64,000 nucleotides of DNA from NCBI GenBank assembly GCA_965214835.1, contig CBDCCK010000002.1, positions 192,001 to 256,000 on the forward strand, given 5' to 3'. A program made the position numbers and the translations under genes. This document shows positions 17,521 to 26,119 of this stretch, piece by piece. The number at the start of each line of letters is the position of its first letter. Positions within the stretch are counted from its first letter, which is position 1. The notes beneath the pieces are model-generated. The model did not search any database. It had not been told where the DNA came from and was given only the letters and a program-made list of their open reading frames with translations. Source of the DNA: Nitrosopumilaceae archaeon (lineage in GTDB: Archaea; Thermoproteota; Nitrososphaeria; Nitrososphaerales; Nitrosopumilaceae).

Positions 17521-18788
17521 CTGCCGCCTCCCTCCATCTGGTGATATACGTCTGCATACGCATCCATTCCGGTGCGGTCACCGTCTTCCCCGTCCCCGCC
17601 GTCGGATCCTGCATTCTGTGTCTGCGTATCGTCCCCTTCCTCCGGCCCGTCCACGACGTTGCTGTCTTCCTGGCGCGGACTCCCGGCGTCATTGTCATCA
17701 TCCGACTCTTGGCCTTCGGTATCGCAGTCTTCCCTTGCCTGCCCCGGACTGTCCGTGTCGTCGTCACCCCCTTCTGCCTGCTCCCGGACTTTGGCACCGT
17801 CATCTACATCCCCGGACTCGTCTGCAGCGTCTGCCGTGCCGTCGGCCGTGTCGTTCCCTGCTCCCGTATTATCATGTCCCGGCATCCCGCCCTCGATTGT
17901 CAGGTGGTCAAATGCATGCTCGCTGAGCGCTGCCGACGACGTCGTAGTCGGATCGGCGTGTCCCATCTGCGCGGTCAGGCCGTCCTCCGGGAAGCGCACA
18001 ATCGGCGCCAGCTCATAGTCTGCCAGTATGTTGTTGCTGTTCTTGCACGGTTCCCTGACTGCCTTTTGAAGTCTTGTCGTTGCCAGATCCAGGTTCTTGG
18101 CCCTGGCAGATACCACCTTTCCTGTAACCAGCCTGTTCGGCTCGCGCTCTGCGGTATACGGGACGGCGTTGCACAGCCGCTGTATGTCTGACAGCGTTTT
18201 CGTGCCGACCAGTATCTCTGCTGCAAAAAACGACTCGGCCTCGGCCTTGCGCCGCGCGTCCTTCTCGTGCAGGTCTATGGCGCCTCCCGACTCGCTCCGT
18301 TTTTCGTTGCGCCGCGCAAGTGATCTGAACTTTGAGCTCAGGCGCCTGGATGGCACGTGCCTTAGCTTTATGACGAACACCCCGTGCGGGGCCTCGGCCA
18401 TGGCCGAGTGTATGTTCTGCTCGTCGCCCTCTGTAGTTGATACGTGGAGCGGGTATGCAAAGCTCTTGCCAAGCTTCAGCGCGACCAGCGCGTCAATCCT
18501 GGTCATCGGCGGAAACTCCATGCGCTCTGCCCCAAAGGAGGACACGGACTCTACGTTGGACGTGTAAGAGTCCGGTATCCTGAGGCATAGCGTCATGCCC
18601 GACGACGGCAGATGGAATATGCAGAATACCACGTCCGGTATCGCGCGGCACAGCATCAGCAGATCCTTGTCCTTGGAGTCGTCGTACTGCTCGGTTGCCG
18701 CCGCCTCGTACGGTCGCAGCCTGTACCAGGCGTATCCCTGCCGCACTACCGTCCACCCTGCTCCCGGGGTTTTGCGGCACCGCCGCAC
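17517..18788 (-). CDS. hypothetical protein with acidic tail; resembles the N-terminal module of VirD4/HerA-associated conjugation proteins
   Basis: LKLGKSFAYPL and NILADYELAPIVRFP patterns; no Walker motifs; the true start may be GTG near 18746. Confidence 0.45.
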   Translation of the reverse strand: MRRCRKTPGAGWTVVRQGYAWYRLRPYEAAATEQYDDSKDKDLLMLCRAIPDVVFCIFHLPSSGMTLCLRIPDSYTSNVESVSSFGAERMEFPPMTRIDALVALKLGKSFAYPLHVSTTEGDEQNIHSAMAEAPHGVFVIKLRHVPSRRLSSKFRSLARRNEKRSESGGAIDLHEKDARRKAEAESFFAAEILVGTKTLSDIQRLCNAVPYTAEREPNRLVTGKVVSARAKNLDLATTRLQKAVREPCKNSNNILADYELAPIVRFPEDGLTAQMGHADPTTTSSAALSEHAFDHLTIEGGMPGHDNTGAGNDTADGTADAADESGDVDDGAKVREQAEGGDDDTDSPGQAREDCDTEGQESDDDNDAGSPRQEDSNVVDGPEEGDDTQTQNAGSDGGDGEDGDRTGMDAYADVYHQMEGGGR

Positions 18789-18846
18789 CCTGCATTCCGC
18801 ACCTGGCCGCCGCGTCTGTGCGCGTCCCTTGCGGACTCGGGCGCAC

Positions 18847-19461
18847 TCACTGTCTGGCCTCCCAGTCCTTCAGGGCCATCATGTCTAGGTGAAATGTTAT
18901 CGACTGGCTTCGCCTCCGCTTCTCCGGATACTCATCCCACATTATCTTCTCGTAGATAAACCGCCCAAGCGAATAGTAGTCCTCTCCCACATGGTCAAGA
19001 AACTCCAGTATCCGGTGATCATGTATTTTCAGGCTTGCAAACCATGCCTCAGAAATGTATCCTAGCGCGGTCAGTATGTGAAGTGCCTTTTTCCCCTCGT
19101 TCTCACTATGTGGTCCTACCAGCGTGTACTCTAGCGTCTCTCGCAGTATGTTCATCCTGCCGCGGATCTCCAGGTGCGCGTCGGTCACCCGCGTCAGCAT
19201 TGCAAGCGTGTGAAACGACATTCCCAGGTCGGCCGCAATTATGAGCCATCTTGCATACTTTGTCGGCCTGCCGTCCTCTATGAGGTACGAGTGGTCGCCT
19301 ATGGGTACGGGCCCGTACTTTAGCATCCTGTATGTGGCAGAGTCCTTGACTATCCTGGCGTGGCGGTTGAGCTTAAAGTCGCATTTTTTCTCGCGCTGTA
19401 CAGACTTTGCATTGCGGATGAGCTCGGGGTCTGTCACGCCGTGGTTCTTTGGCAGCCTCAT
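18847..19461 (-). CDS. hypothetical protein, tandem paralog 2
   Basis: N-terminal ~94 aa almost identical to 19458..20090. Confidence 0.8.
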   Translation of the reverse strand: MRLPKNHGVTDPELIRNAKSVQREKKCDFKLNRHARIVKDSATYRMLKYGPVPIGDHSYLIEDGRPTKYARWLIIAADLGMSFHTLAMLTRVTDAHLEIRGRMNILRETLEYTLVGPHSENEGKKALHILTALGYISEAWFASLKIHDHRILEFLDHVGEDYYSLGRFIYEKIMWDEYPEKRRRSQSITFHLDMMALKDWEARQ

Positions 19462-20090
19462 GTCTTTTCTCCTGCAGACGTCTGTGCCGCGTTACGTTCC
19501 TGGCATATCATGTCACGATGGAATCGTTCTACCTGTGTTCGCTTTCTCTCTTCTGCATAATCCTGTTGCATTATCTTCTTGTGTATGAACCGCCCAAGCG
19601 AATAGTAGTCCTCTCCAATCCTGTCTAGAAACTCCAGTATCGGCGCGTCGTGTATTCTTATGTTGCTGGTTCCCGCATGTGAGATGTATCCGCGGTTTGT
19701 GAGTATCTTGAGCGACTTTACCCCCTCCTCCTCTCTGTATTGTGATGTGAGTGCAGTCCTCAGCGCCTCACGCGGCACGTTGATTGCACCGCGTGTCTCC
19801 ATATGCATGTCGGTCACCCGCGTCAGCATCGCAAGCGTGTGAAACGACATTCCCAGGTCGGCTGCAATCATCAGCCATCTTGCATACTTTGTCGGCCTGC
19901 CGTCCTCTATGAGGTACGAGTGGTCGCCGATTGGAACCGGCCCGTACTTTAGCATCCTGTATGTTGCAGAGTCCTTGACTATCCTGGCGTGGGAGTTTAG
20001 TGGAAAGTCGCACTTGTTTTCCCGTCGCACCGACTTTGCGTTGCGGATGAGCTCGGGATCCGTAACGCCGTGGTTTCTTGGCAGCCTCAC
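19458..20090 (-). CDS. hypothetical protein, tandem paralog 1
   Basis: Paralog conservation with synonymous changes; TATA box near 20135. Confidence 0.8.
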   Translation of the reverse strand: MRLPRNHGVTDPELIRNAKSVRRENKCDFPLNSHARIVKDSATYRMLKYGPVPIGDHSYLIEDGRPTKYARWLMIAADLGMSFHTLAMLTRVTDMHMETRGAINVPREALRTALTSQYREEEGVKSLKILTNRGYISHAGTSNIRIHDAPILEFLDRIGEDYYSLGRFIHKKIMQQDYAEERKRTQVERFHRDMICQERNAAQTSAGEKT

Positions 20091-20197
20091 GTCCTCCCCT
20101 CCTGGTTTTTCATCACCCTACACAGATGTAGAAGTATAAAAGCGCCATACTGCACGGTGCGGCCCCCGTGACTGCCGCGATTCCGTCCGAAATTCAC

Positions 20198-20401
20198 CTA
20201 TTCCATCTCCATTGCCCATGTACCGTCAGGGCGCAGCCTTATCCTGCCTGCCGATTCGAGCGACTCCAGTACCCGTATTATCGCAAAGCGGTCTGCCCCG
20301 TCTCCCCCCGTGCGTAAGGCGTATGATATCTGCGGTATGCTCATCCTCTTGCCGCCCTCAAGGAGGCCGCATATCCTGGATTTCAGCTGCGTGCCGGTCA
20401 C
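20198..20401 (-). CDS. small winged-helix DNA-binding protein
   Basis: MSIPQISYAL..VLESLESAGRI..GTW; GTGA-coupled start. Confidence 0.6.
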   Translation of the reverse strand: MTGTQLKSRICGLLEGGKRMSIPQISYALRTGGDGADRFAIIRVLESLESAGRIRLRPDGTWAMEME

Positions 20402-20475
20402 AGCTCGATCCTCCTGCGCGACACGTCGCACGGCCTGCCGCAGCAGTCCGAGCCGTATTGCACGTATGTGGTCAT
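20398..20475 (-). CDS. 25-aa mini-ORF MTTYVQYGSDCCGRPCDVSRRRIEL
   Basis: Start and stop both overlap neighbours by 4 nt (ATGA/GTGA). Confidence 0.4.
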   Translation of the reverse strand: MTTYVQYGSDCCGRPCDVSRRRIEL

Positions 20476-21119
20476 GTCGCCTTCTCCGCCTGCGGTCCCG
20501 TAGGAATGGCGCGCGGCCACACCTCCTCCATCACGTCCCGGTCGTGCCGATCCCTTATCTTCACTATCCTCGTTATCTGATCGCCCTCAAAGTCTATCCT
20601 GTAGGTGGTAAAGTCGCCGCCGGGAATCTTGACGTATGCCGCATCCCCTAGCAGGTCGATTATGCAGTGTCCCCTTAGGAGGTTCATGATCTCGGCCATG
20701 CCGCACCTGGGATCCAGCAGAATCCTGCCTCCGAACAGCGGAACCTCCTCCTTCTGCGGCCGGCGTGATTCCTCGCTGCCGAGACGCGAAAGGATTGCGG
20801 CCGCATCTTCCTTGTCGTCCTCCTTCTTCAATTCCTCCGCCCTCTTTGACCTCCTGTCCGTATGCCACAGCGGGCCTGGGTGCCCGTCCGCCTCCTCCTT
20901 CCGCTTCTTCTCCCTCTCCAACCTTGCGGCCCTGTGGTACTGCGCCCGCGCATCCACGTATCTCTCGCCCCATGCATCGTCCCTCTCTGCATGCGGCGTC
21001 ATCTGCAGATCCATCAGGATCTCCTCCCATTGTTCGGAGTTCATTTCCTGTTCGTCCTCCTTCCGTTTCTTCCTGCCAAGCAGCTCGCCGAACGCGCGCG
21101 GCATGGGCCATGGGATCAT
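20472..21119 (-). CDS. hypothetical charged protein
   Basis: ATGA overlap at 21116-21119; alternative start at 21044. Confidence 0.55.
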   Translation of the reverse strand: MIPWPMPRAFGELLGRKKRKEDEQEMNSEQWEEILMDLQMTPHAERDDAWGERYVDARAQYHRAARLEREKKRKEEADGHPGPLWHTDRRSKRAEELKKEDDKEDAAAILSRLGSEESRRPQKEEVPLFGGRILLDPRCGMAEIMNLLRGHCIIDLLGDAAYVKIPGGDFTTYRIDFEGDQITRIVKIRDRHDRDVMEEVWPRAIPTGPQAEKAT

Positions 21120-21142
21120 TTCCTGTTCGTCCTCCTTCCGTT
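21041..21142. repeat. 27-bp exact direct repeat (75-bp period) duplicating a GGAGG...ATGA translation start
   Basis: 21041-21067 and 21116-21142. Confidence 0.85.
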
Positions 21143-21544
21143 CACCGGCAGCCGCCGCAGCGACTCGTCGATCATGCCGGTCCATCCGCACTGCAGTCCC
21201 CTGCACTTTGACGTGTCTATGACCAGCACCCGGAGTCCCGCTTCCCTGTAGTGCCTGTCGCGCAGCGCCGTGCGCCTTTTGTACTTGGGATACTTTCGGT
21301 GCGAGCTGCCGTCAAGCTCTATGACCAGATCTATGCTGCGGCACTGCGGATCCAGGATCATTATGTCCGGCGTGTGGTGGATCGTTCTTTCGAGGAGGTT
21401 CTTTGAGACCTTCTCAAAGACGCCGACTACCTTCGAGCGGTGGAACAGCACGCTGTGCTCCAGCAGCACCCTCTCCGGGGGCATCTCGTGCGTGTGCTCC
21501 AGGTATCCGACCATGGCGTTCAGCGGGCTGGCATCCTCGTTCAT
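21116..21544 (-). CDS. DUF559/Vsr-like PD-(D/E)xK endonuclease
   Basis: TPDI..LVIELDGSSH..RDRHYREAGLRVLVI. Confidence 0.75.
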   Translation of the reverse strand: MNEDASPLNAMVGYLEHTHEMPPERVLLEHSVLFHRSKVVGVFEKVSKNLLERTIHHTPDIMILDPQCRSIDLVIELDGSSHRKYPKYKRRTALRDRHYREAGLRVLVIDTSKCRGLQCGWTGMIDESLRRLPVNGRRTNRK

Positions 21545-22332
21545 GCATGTCCCTCCGGCCGCACCGCGCGGCAGTCGGCTGCGGCCTCCATGTCTATGAG
21601 GTACCATGTGCCGTCCCTGCCGCGCGCAAAGTCGACGCTCCATTCCCCCCGCACGACTCCGGCCACCTCGCCGGCGTGCCGCCTTATTTCATCAGCCGAT
21701 CCGTGTACGGTCTCGTTCTGCCGCGCAAGTATTGACCTCCAGCCTTTGCGGATCTCCGAGTCCGGCAGCCCGTCCCACCCGGCAATCACGTCCTCCGTCC
21801 AGTACGGCCTGACGCCGGCGACCTCCCCGCCGCGTATGACGGCACGCGCCTCGCACCCTATCGGCAGTGACGCGAACGCCGTAAAGTTGGCATCGATGTC
21901 TATCCACTCGCGGAATGCTATCCCCCTGTCGTGCAGGCCTGCTGCCGCATTGAGGCTTGCAAGCTCCAGTATGTGGCCGAGTAGTGATCTCTCGTCGGGA
22001 AGCCTGCACGTCCGGCGAAAGTGCCGCTTCTGGCTTGACGTGTCGGTTCGCAGAAACATCGGGAACCTGCCGATGCGGCTCATGGCAGCGCACAGGCGTT
22101 CCATGTCACTCCCGCACAGGCCGCGCCCCACGTTGATCGCGGACGATATCGAGTCGCTTGATATTGCCACCATCTCCGTTCTCGGCTGCGGAACGGGCAG
22201 GTCCCTGATTAGTCGGTACCAGTACAGCATCGAGTTTCTCTCGCGTGATGGCAACCGCTGTAATGAAGGTGATGACGCAAGGCCTGCAGGCCGTCCGTCT
22301 TGCATTGTCCTGCTGCCGGGAACCCACGTCAT
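21541..22332 (-). CDS. ATP-grasp protein (R2K/Cdc123-like, mobile-element type)
   Basis: FPMFLRTD..K, FREWI, EARAVI, WSVDF..WYLIDM. Confidence 0.65.
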   Translation of the reverse strand: MTWVPGSRTMQDGRPAGLASSPSLQRLPSRERNSMLYWYRLIRDLPVPQPRTEMVAISSDSISSAINVGRGLCGSDMERLCAAMSRIGRFPMFLRTDTSSQKRHFRRTCRLPDERSLLGHILELASLNAAAGLHDRGIAFREWIDIDANFTAFASLPIGCEARAVIRGGEVAGVRPYWTEDVIAGWDGLPDSEIRKGWRSILARQNETVHGSADEIRRHAGEVAGVVRGEWSVDFARGRDGTWYLIDMEAAADCRAVRPEGHA

Positions 22333-22517
22333 ATGTGCGCCTTCCTCCAGCATTTTGCGTGGTAGCGGAGCCGCCTGGAACGCGTGGGCCTTGTGACCAC
22401 CATGTCTCCCAGCTTGATCTCCTCGCCGCACTTGTGGCACTTGTCGGTGCCGCTGTCGCGGCTGCCTTCTCTCCCGTGCATGTGCCTTGCGCAGACGACA
22501 TACGTGCGCTTGCTCAT
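22329..22517 (-). CDS. small zinc-finger protein
   Basis: CHKCGEEIKLGD..YHAKCW. Confidence 0.65.
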   Translation of the reverse strand: MSKRTYVVCARHMHGREGSRDSGTDKCHKCGEEIKLGDMVVTRPTRSRRLRYHAKCWRKAHI

Positions 22518-22606
22518 TGTGGTGGACGCGCCCTCCGGCATGTGCAGTTTGTATGACGTGTCCGAAGCTGGGTTTCCCCCGCCCACACTTTGTGGGCGCG
22601 TCTCAT
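22514..22606 (-). CDS. 30-aa mini-ORF
   Basis: ATGA overlaps at both ends. Confidence 0.35.
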   Translation of the reverse strand: MRRAHKVWAGETQLRTRHTNCTCRRARPPQ

Positions 22607-22872
22607 GTCTTTTTCTTCACCTTGGTGTAACAGCTGGTGCAGTAGAGTGACTTTATGCAGTCGGCGCCGCACCGCAGGCAGATCATCTTTGTCGCGCCGA
22701 CCTGCCAGATCTTTACCTTTCCGTACGTCGGATGCTCCCTTGTCATGTGCAGGCATGTCGAGCACACCGGGTACTCGCTGCCGTCCTCAAACGATATGCG
22801 GTAGTCGGGCTCCCTGTCTGTGCAGCATCCGCCCGGCAGCTTTCTCATCTGCTCTGTTATGCTCAGGCTCAT
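22603..22872 (-). CDS. small Cys-rich zinc-binding protein
   Basis: CSTC, CLRC and CTSC pairs; ATGA-coupled. Confidence 0.6.
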   Translation of the reverse strand: MSLSITEQMRKLPGGCCTDREPDYRISFEDGSEYPVCSTCLHMTREHPTYGKVKIWQVGATKMICLRCGADCIKSLYCTSCYTKVKKKT

Positions 22873-23159
22873 CGCTTCTTCATCTCCTTTAGCGTCTGCC
22901 TTAGTCTGCTGTTCATTGACTGGGTGGTTGACGCGCCGACAAGGATCGACGCGTCGTTTTTCAAATCATGGATGTTATCAAAAAAGAAGAGAATGGCCGC
23001 CCGAAAGATCTGCGTTCTTGAGGTGTCTGCTCCATTCTGTTTTATCTCTTGCAGTACCGCAGAGCTGTCGATGATCTTTGACACCAGTCTTTGTGTGGCG
23101 CTAGCCATCGGCGAGCCGATGATCACGCTATGTTCACTATCTAAGGGTGGCCACCCCAT
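22869..23159 (-). CDS. putative ribbon-helix-helix-like regulator, first gene of the coupled operon
   Basis: SRTQIFRAAI resembles RHH helix B; TATA (CTTAAATA) near 23204-23211. Confidence 0.45.
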   Translation of the reverse strand: MGWPPLDSEHSVIIGSPMASATQRLVSKIIDSSAVLQEIKQNGADTSRTQIFRAAILFFFDNIHDLKNDASILVGASTTQSMNSRLRQTLKEMKKR

Positions 23160-23397
23160 CTATGTTAGTCATGTTGTTGCAGTTTTCTATATGATTGAAA
23201 ATTATTTAAGCTTTGCACAACACCCATAGTTGAACATTTCATGCATTGGCATGTCGCCTCCAGAGAATACGTCTTGGAAGTGTGATGATCAAAACCCTAT
23301 CGACGCATTATGTAACAACTCATGCAAACCCACATCTGCCAGCATCTGTCCTATTGTTAGGCATCAATTTGTTTATAAAAACATCAGATTTGCAGCA

Positions 23398-23879
23398 TTG
23401 AACGTACTTGTACATGCAAAGGCGGGCAAACGACACCGTCCCGTAATGCTCAGATATGGCGCGCTGCAGCTCGCTGACCTTTCTGTACACTATCCCACTG
23501 AAAACGACAGGCTTGCCTAGGCTCCGGCATTCTTCCACGACATTGGGGTGCGGCGATCCCCCCCCCCCCCGGGATCATTGTCAGCCTGACGTCTAGATGG
23601 CCCGCCGGATATTCTGCGACGGTAGCAGCTCCGTGCACGCTCCACATGTAGCAAAAGACTGCAACCCTGTCAGACTTCGCGCAGCGCCTCCAGACATTGT
23701 ATGAACTGCACCGACGTAAACGATCCCGTAAACGTCATGAACAGATTCCTGCCGTCTTCTGCGATGCTTCCAAACACGGCCACCTTTGTGTGGTCCACGA
23801 ATACGACGCCACGCTTCTGGTGCCGACCGGACCCCATGCGTATCTGTCGTATGAACCCTGCACGAAGAACGCCTCATCA
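23398..23879 (-). mobile_element. IS630-family transposase 3' remnant (inverted copy of ~25279-25752)
   Basis: Near-identical reverse complement, sharing frameshifts; C13 tract at 23558-23570. Confidence 0.85.
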
Positions 23880-23995
23880 CAGCTAAGTGAAAAGTACCCT
23901 GAAATCGAGCAAAAACAAAAACTGGACATGAGGCACAACGCCTCAGCAGCAAGGCAAAACAGCAAATCTAATTTACATTTCACTTAGCTGAAATT
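23880..23995. mobile_element. MITE with IS66-type ends (CAGCTAAGTGAAA...TTTCACTTAGCTG)
   Basis: 13-bp perfect inverted repeat; end sequence matches the left end of the IS66 remnant at 30935. Confidence 0.65.
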
Positions 23996-24119
23996 GGAAC
24001 TGGGACACTCATGAGTGGCAATTCTCCCTGGGACACGCCGGGATGCGCGATTCAAGGAAAGAAAAAGATCAGGGTTTTCACAAACCGTTTACGCTTTCGG
24101 AGCCAGACATCTGCTAAAA

Positions 24120-24599
24120 TCACAATTCATAAAAATCAATTCCAACATTTTCAGGCCTGTTAGAAAGAACCCCCTCTGCGCGGCATATCATGACCTTGAT
24201 CTTTGTTTCGGACTTTCCCCTTATTTGTGACGCACTGGGTTTGCTGTTTCCGGATTTGGCCTCCACCCACATAAAGTCCTCAGCTTTGGTCTGGTTGATC
24301 TGCCGGGACGGACTTTCGGCGCACAGCCGGACTGCAAGAAAATCATACAGGTATCGCGGCCTGTATTTTGTAGTTGTCCTGCATATATTGCAGATATCGT
24401 TCCTTAGAATCCCAGGTACTGCTATGTCTATTCTGCCATCTTTGTAACCAAACGGTATTTTGTTGCCGGATAGCAGCTCTCCTGCGTCGATGTTATGCGG
24501 CCTGACACATGCCATGTTTTGGGAGTAAAGAAACTGTTCACAGTACGTCTCCCCCAGCGCTCCAAGAATCTGGTTGTTCATTTCCAGGTATTTTTTCAA
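24120..24599 (-). CDS. PD-(D/E)xK nuclease-fold protein
   Basis: GALGE..YDFLAV..WVEAKSG..SASQ. Confidence 0.65.
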   Translation of the reverse strand: MKKYLEMNNQILGALGETYCEQFLYSQNMACVRPHNIDAGELLSGNKIPFGYKDGRIDIAVPGILRNDICNICRTTTKYRPRYLYDFLAVRLCAESPSRQINQTKAEDFMWVEAKSGNSKPSASQIRGKSETKIKVMICRAEGVLSNRPENVGIDFYEL

Positions 24600-24690
24600 G
24601 TGTTTTTCTTATGCAGGCTCCGAATTTATCGATATCTTCCCCCTCCCCATGTCCCGAATTGAACATCCCGGTAAAATGCCCGAGTTAGTA

Positions 24691-25795
24691 TAGCAACGAG
24701 CAGAAGTCTTTGAGCCAAAACAGGGTTCATTCGAAAGGTATGATGATCGCGTAACCGGCATGGTGGGCATGGCAAAAGAAGCAGACATCCTGCCAGAGGC
24801 CATGCGCAGAGAAAAGGATGCCAAGTCTGTAAAAAGATCATAGCGTTGATGTTTGTGTTAGAAGACGACGTAGGCGTGCCCGAGACCGCAAGAAGGGGGT
24901 CCAGTGCAGCGAGAATTCCGTGCGCAACTGGCTGGCGAGGTTTTCGGAGGACGGCATAGACGGCCTCCGGGATCTTCCCCGTTCCGGATGCAGGCCAAGG
25001 GTGGACAGAAAAAAGATTGCCGCCATAATGAACCTGTCCATTGAACGCAACAGTACCTACGTCATGACGGTACGCGATGACATACGGGATGCCGCCGGGA
25101 CAGAATACAGCACAGGCCATGTCCGAAGACTGATGCGCCGGCACGGCCTGTCGCGCCGCAAGGTGCAAAACGTACATGTCAACCATGCCGCCCCAAGCTC
25201 GGCATGCTCATGGCAGCGGTATCTTGAAGACGTGCGGATTCCACGCCTGAAAAACGGCGGTTTTACGCTGGTGTCATCTGATGAGGCGTTCTTCGTGCAG
25301 GGTTCATACGACAGATACGCATGGGGTCCGGTCGGCACCAGAAGCGTGGCGTCGTATTCGTGGACCACACAAAGGTGGCCGTGTTTGGAAGCATCGCAGA
25401 AGACGGCAGGAAGCTGCTCATGACGTTTACGGGATCGTTTACGTCGGTGCAGTTCATACAATGTCTGGAGGCGCTGCGCGAAGTCTGACAGGGTTGCAGT
25501 CTTTTGCTACATGTGGAGCGTGCACGGAGCTGCTGCCGTCGCAGGATATCCGGCGGGCCATCCAGACGTCAGGCTGATAATGCTCCCGAGAGGATCGCCG
25601 TACCTCAATGTCGTAGAAGAATGCTGGAACCTGGGCAAGCATGCCGTTTTCAGGGGGATAGTGTACAGAAAGATCAGCGAGCTGCGGCACACCATATCCG
25701 AATATTACAGGACGGTGTCGTTTGCCCGCCTTTACATGTACAGGTACATTTACAGATCGCCGCTCAAGGCCATCAATTACTTGTGACCGCTGCTA
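24691..25795 (+). mobile_element. degenerate full-length IS630-family element
   Basis: TA-bounded imperfect TIRs (17/23); HTH VRNWLARF..GIDGLRDLPRSGCRP, SDEAFF, SPYLNVVEECW; several frameshifts. Confidence 0.85.
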
Positions 25796-25796
25796 G

Positions 25797-26039
25797 AAGA
25801 AAGCATATTTTGAAAATTTTAGATTTTCTGAAGACCTCGATTTTGTATGTCTTGAGGATGTTTCAGTAGATTTTATGGGTTTTATACAAGATAACACGAA
25901 AGATCTCGATGTGGAATTTACTGAAATATCTGACTTGGAAAAGAAGAGTGAAAGTTCAAAATTCAAAGTCAAGTATAGCCAATCCAGTGGAGCTAAGACA
26001 AGCATCAGGGTGGACTTGAGCCAGTCTTCCCAGAAGTAA
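25797..26039 (+). pseudogene. AbiEii/DUF1814 nucleotidyltransferase toxin fragment
   Basis: Reads KKAYFENFRFSEDLDF...IRVDLS; N-terminal GGT part lost at the IS630 junction; not in the ORF track. Confidence 0.8.
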
Positions 26040-26119
26040 CCGACTCGTGGCGGTGCAGGAGGCTACATGCGGATCTGCAGGCAGCCTCATCTGAATTGTT
26101 TCGAGTCTAGGATAGTTTG

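Noticed and set aside
18847-20090. Diversity-generating retroelement TR/VR pair
   Set aside because: Both copies are full ORFs, differences are not adenine-restricted, and no reverse transcriptase is present
4674-22396. Long plus-strand ORFs (e.g. 4674..5678, 5733..6632, 9151..10035, 14451..15290, 21440..22396)
   Set aside because: Antisense shadows of well-supported minus-strand genes in GC-rich DNA, with no motifs
1-23220. Tailed-virus provirus
   Set aside because: No terminase, portal, HK97 capsid, tail or integrase genes recognisable in the window
23558-23570. C13 tract as a phase-variation switch (also a poly-C near 58727-58737)
   Set aside because: Lies in a dead IS fragment or non-coding remnant; no functional gene affected
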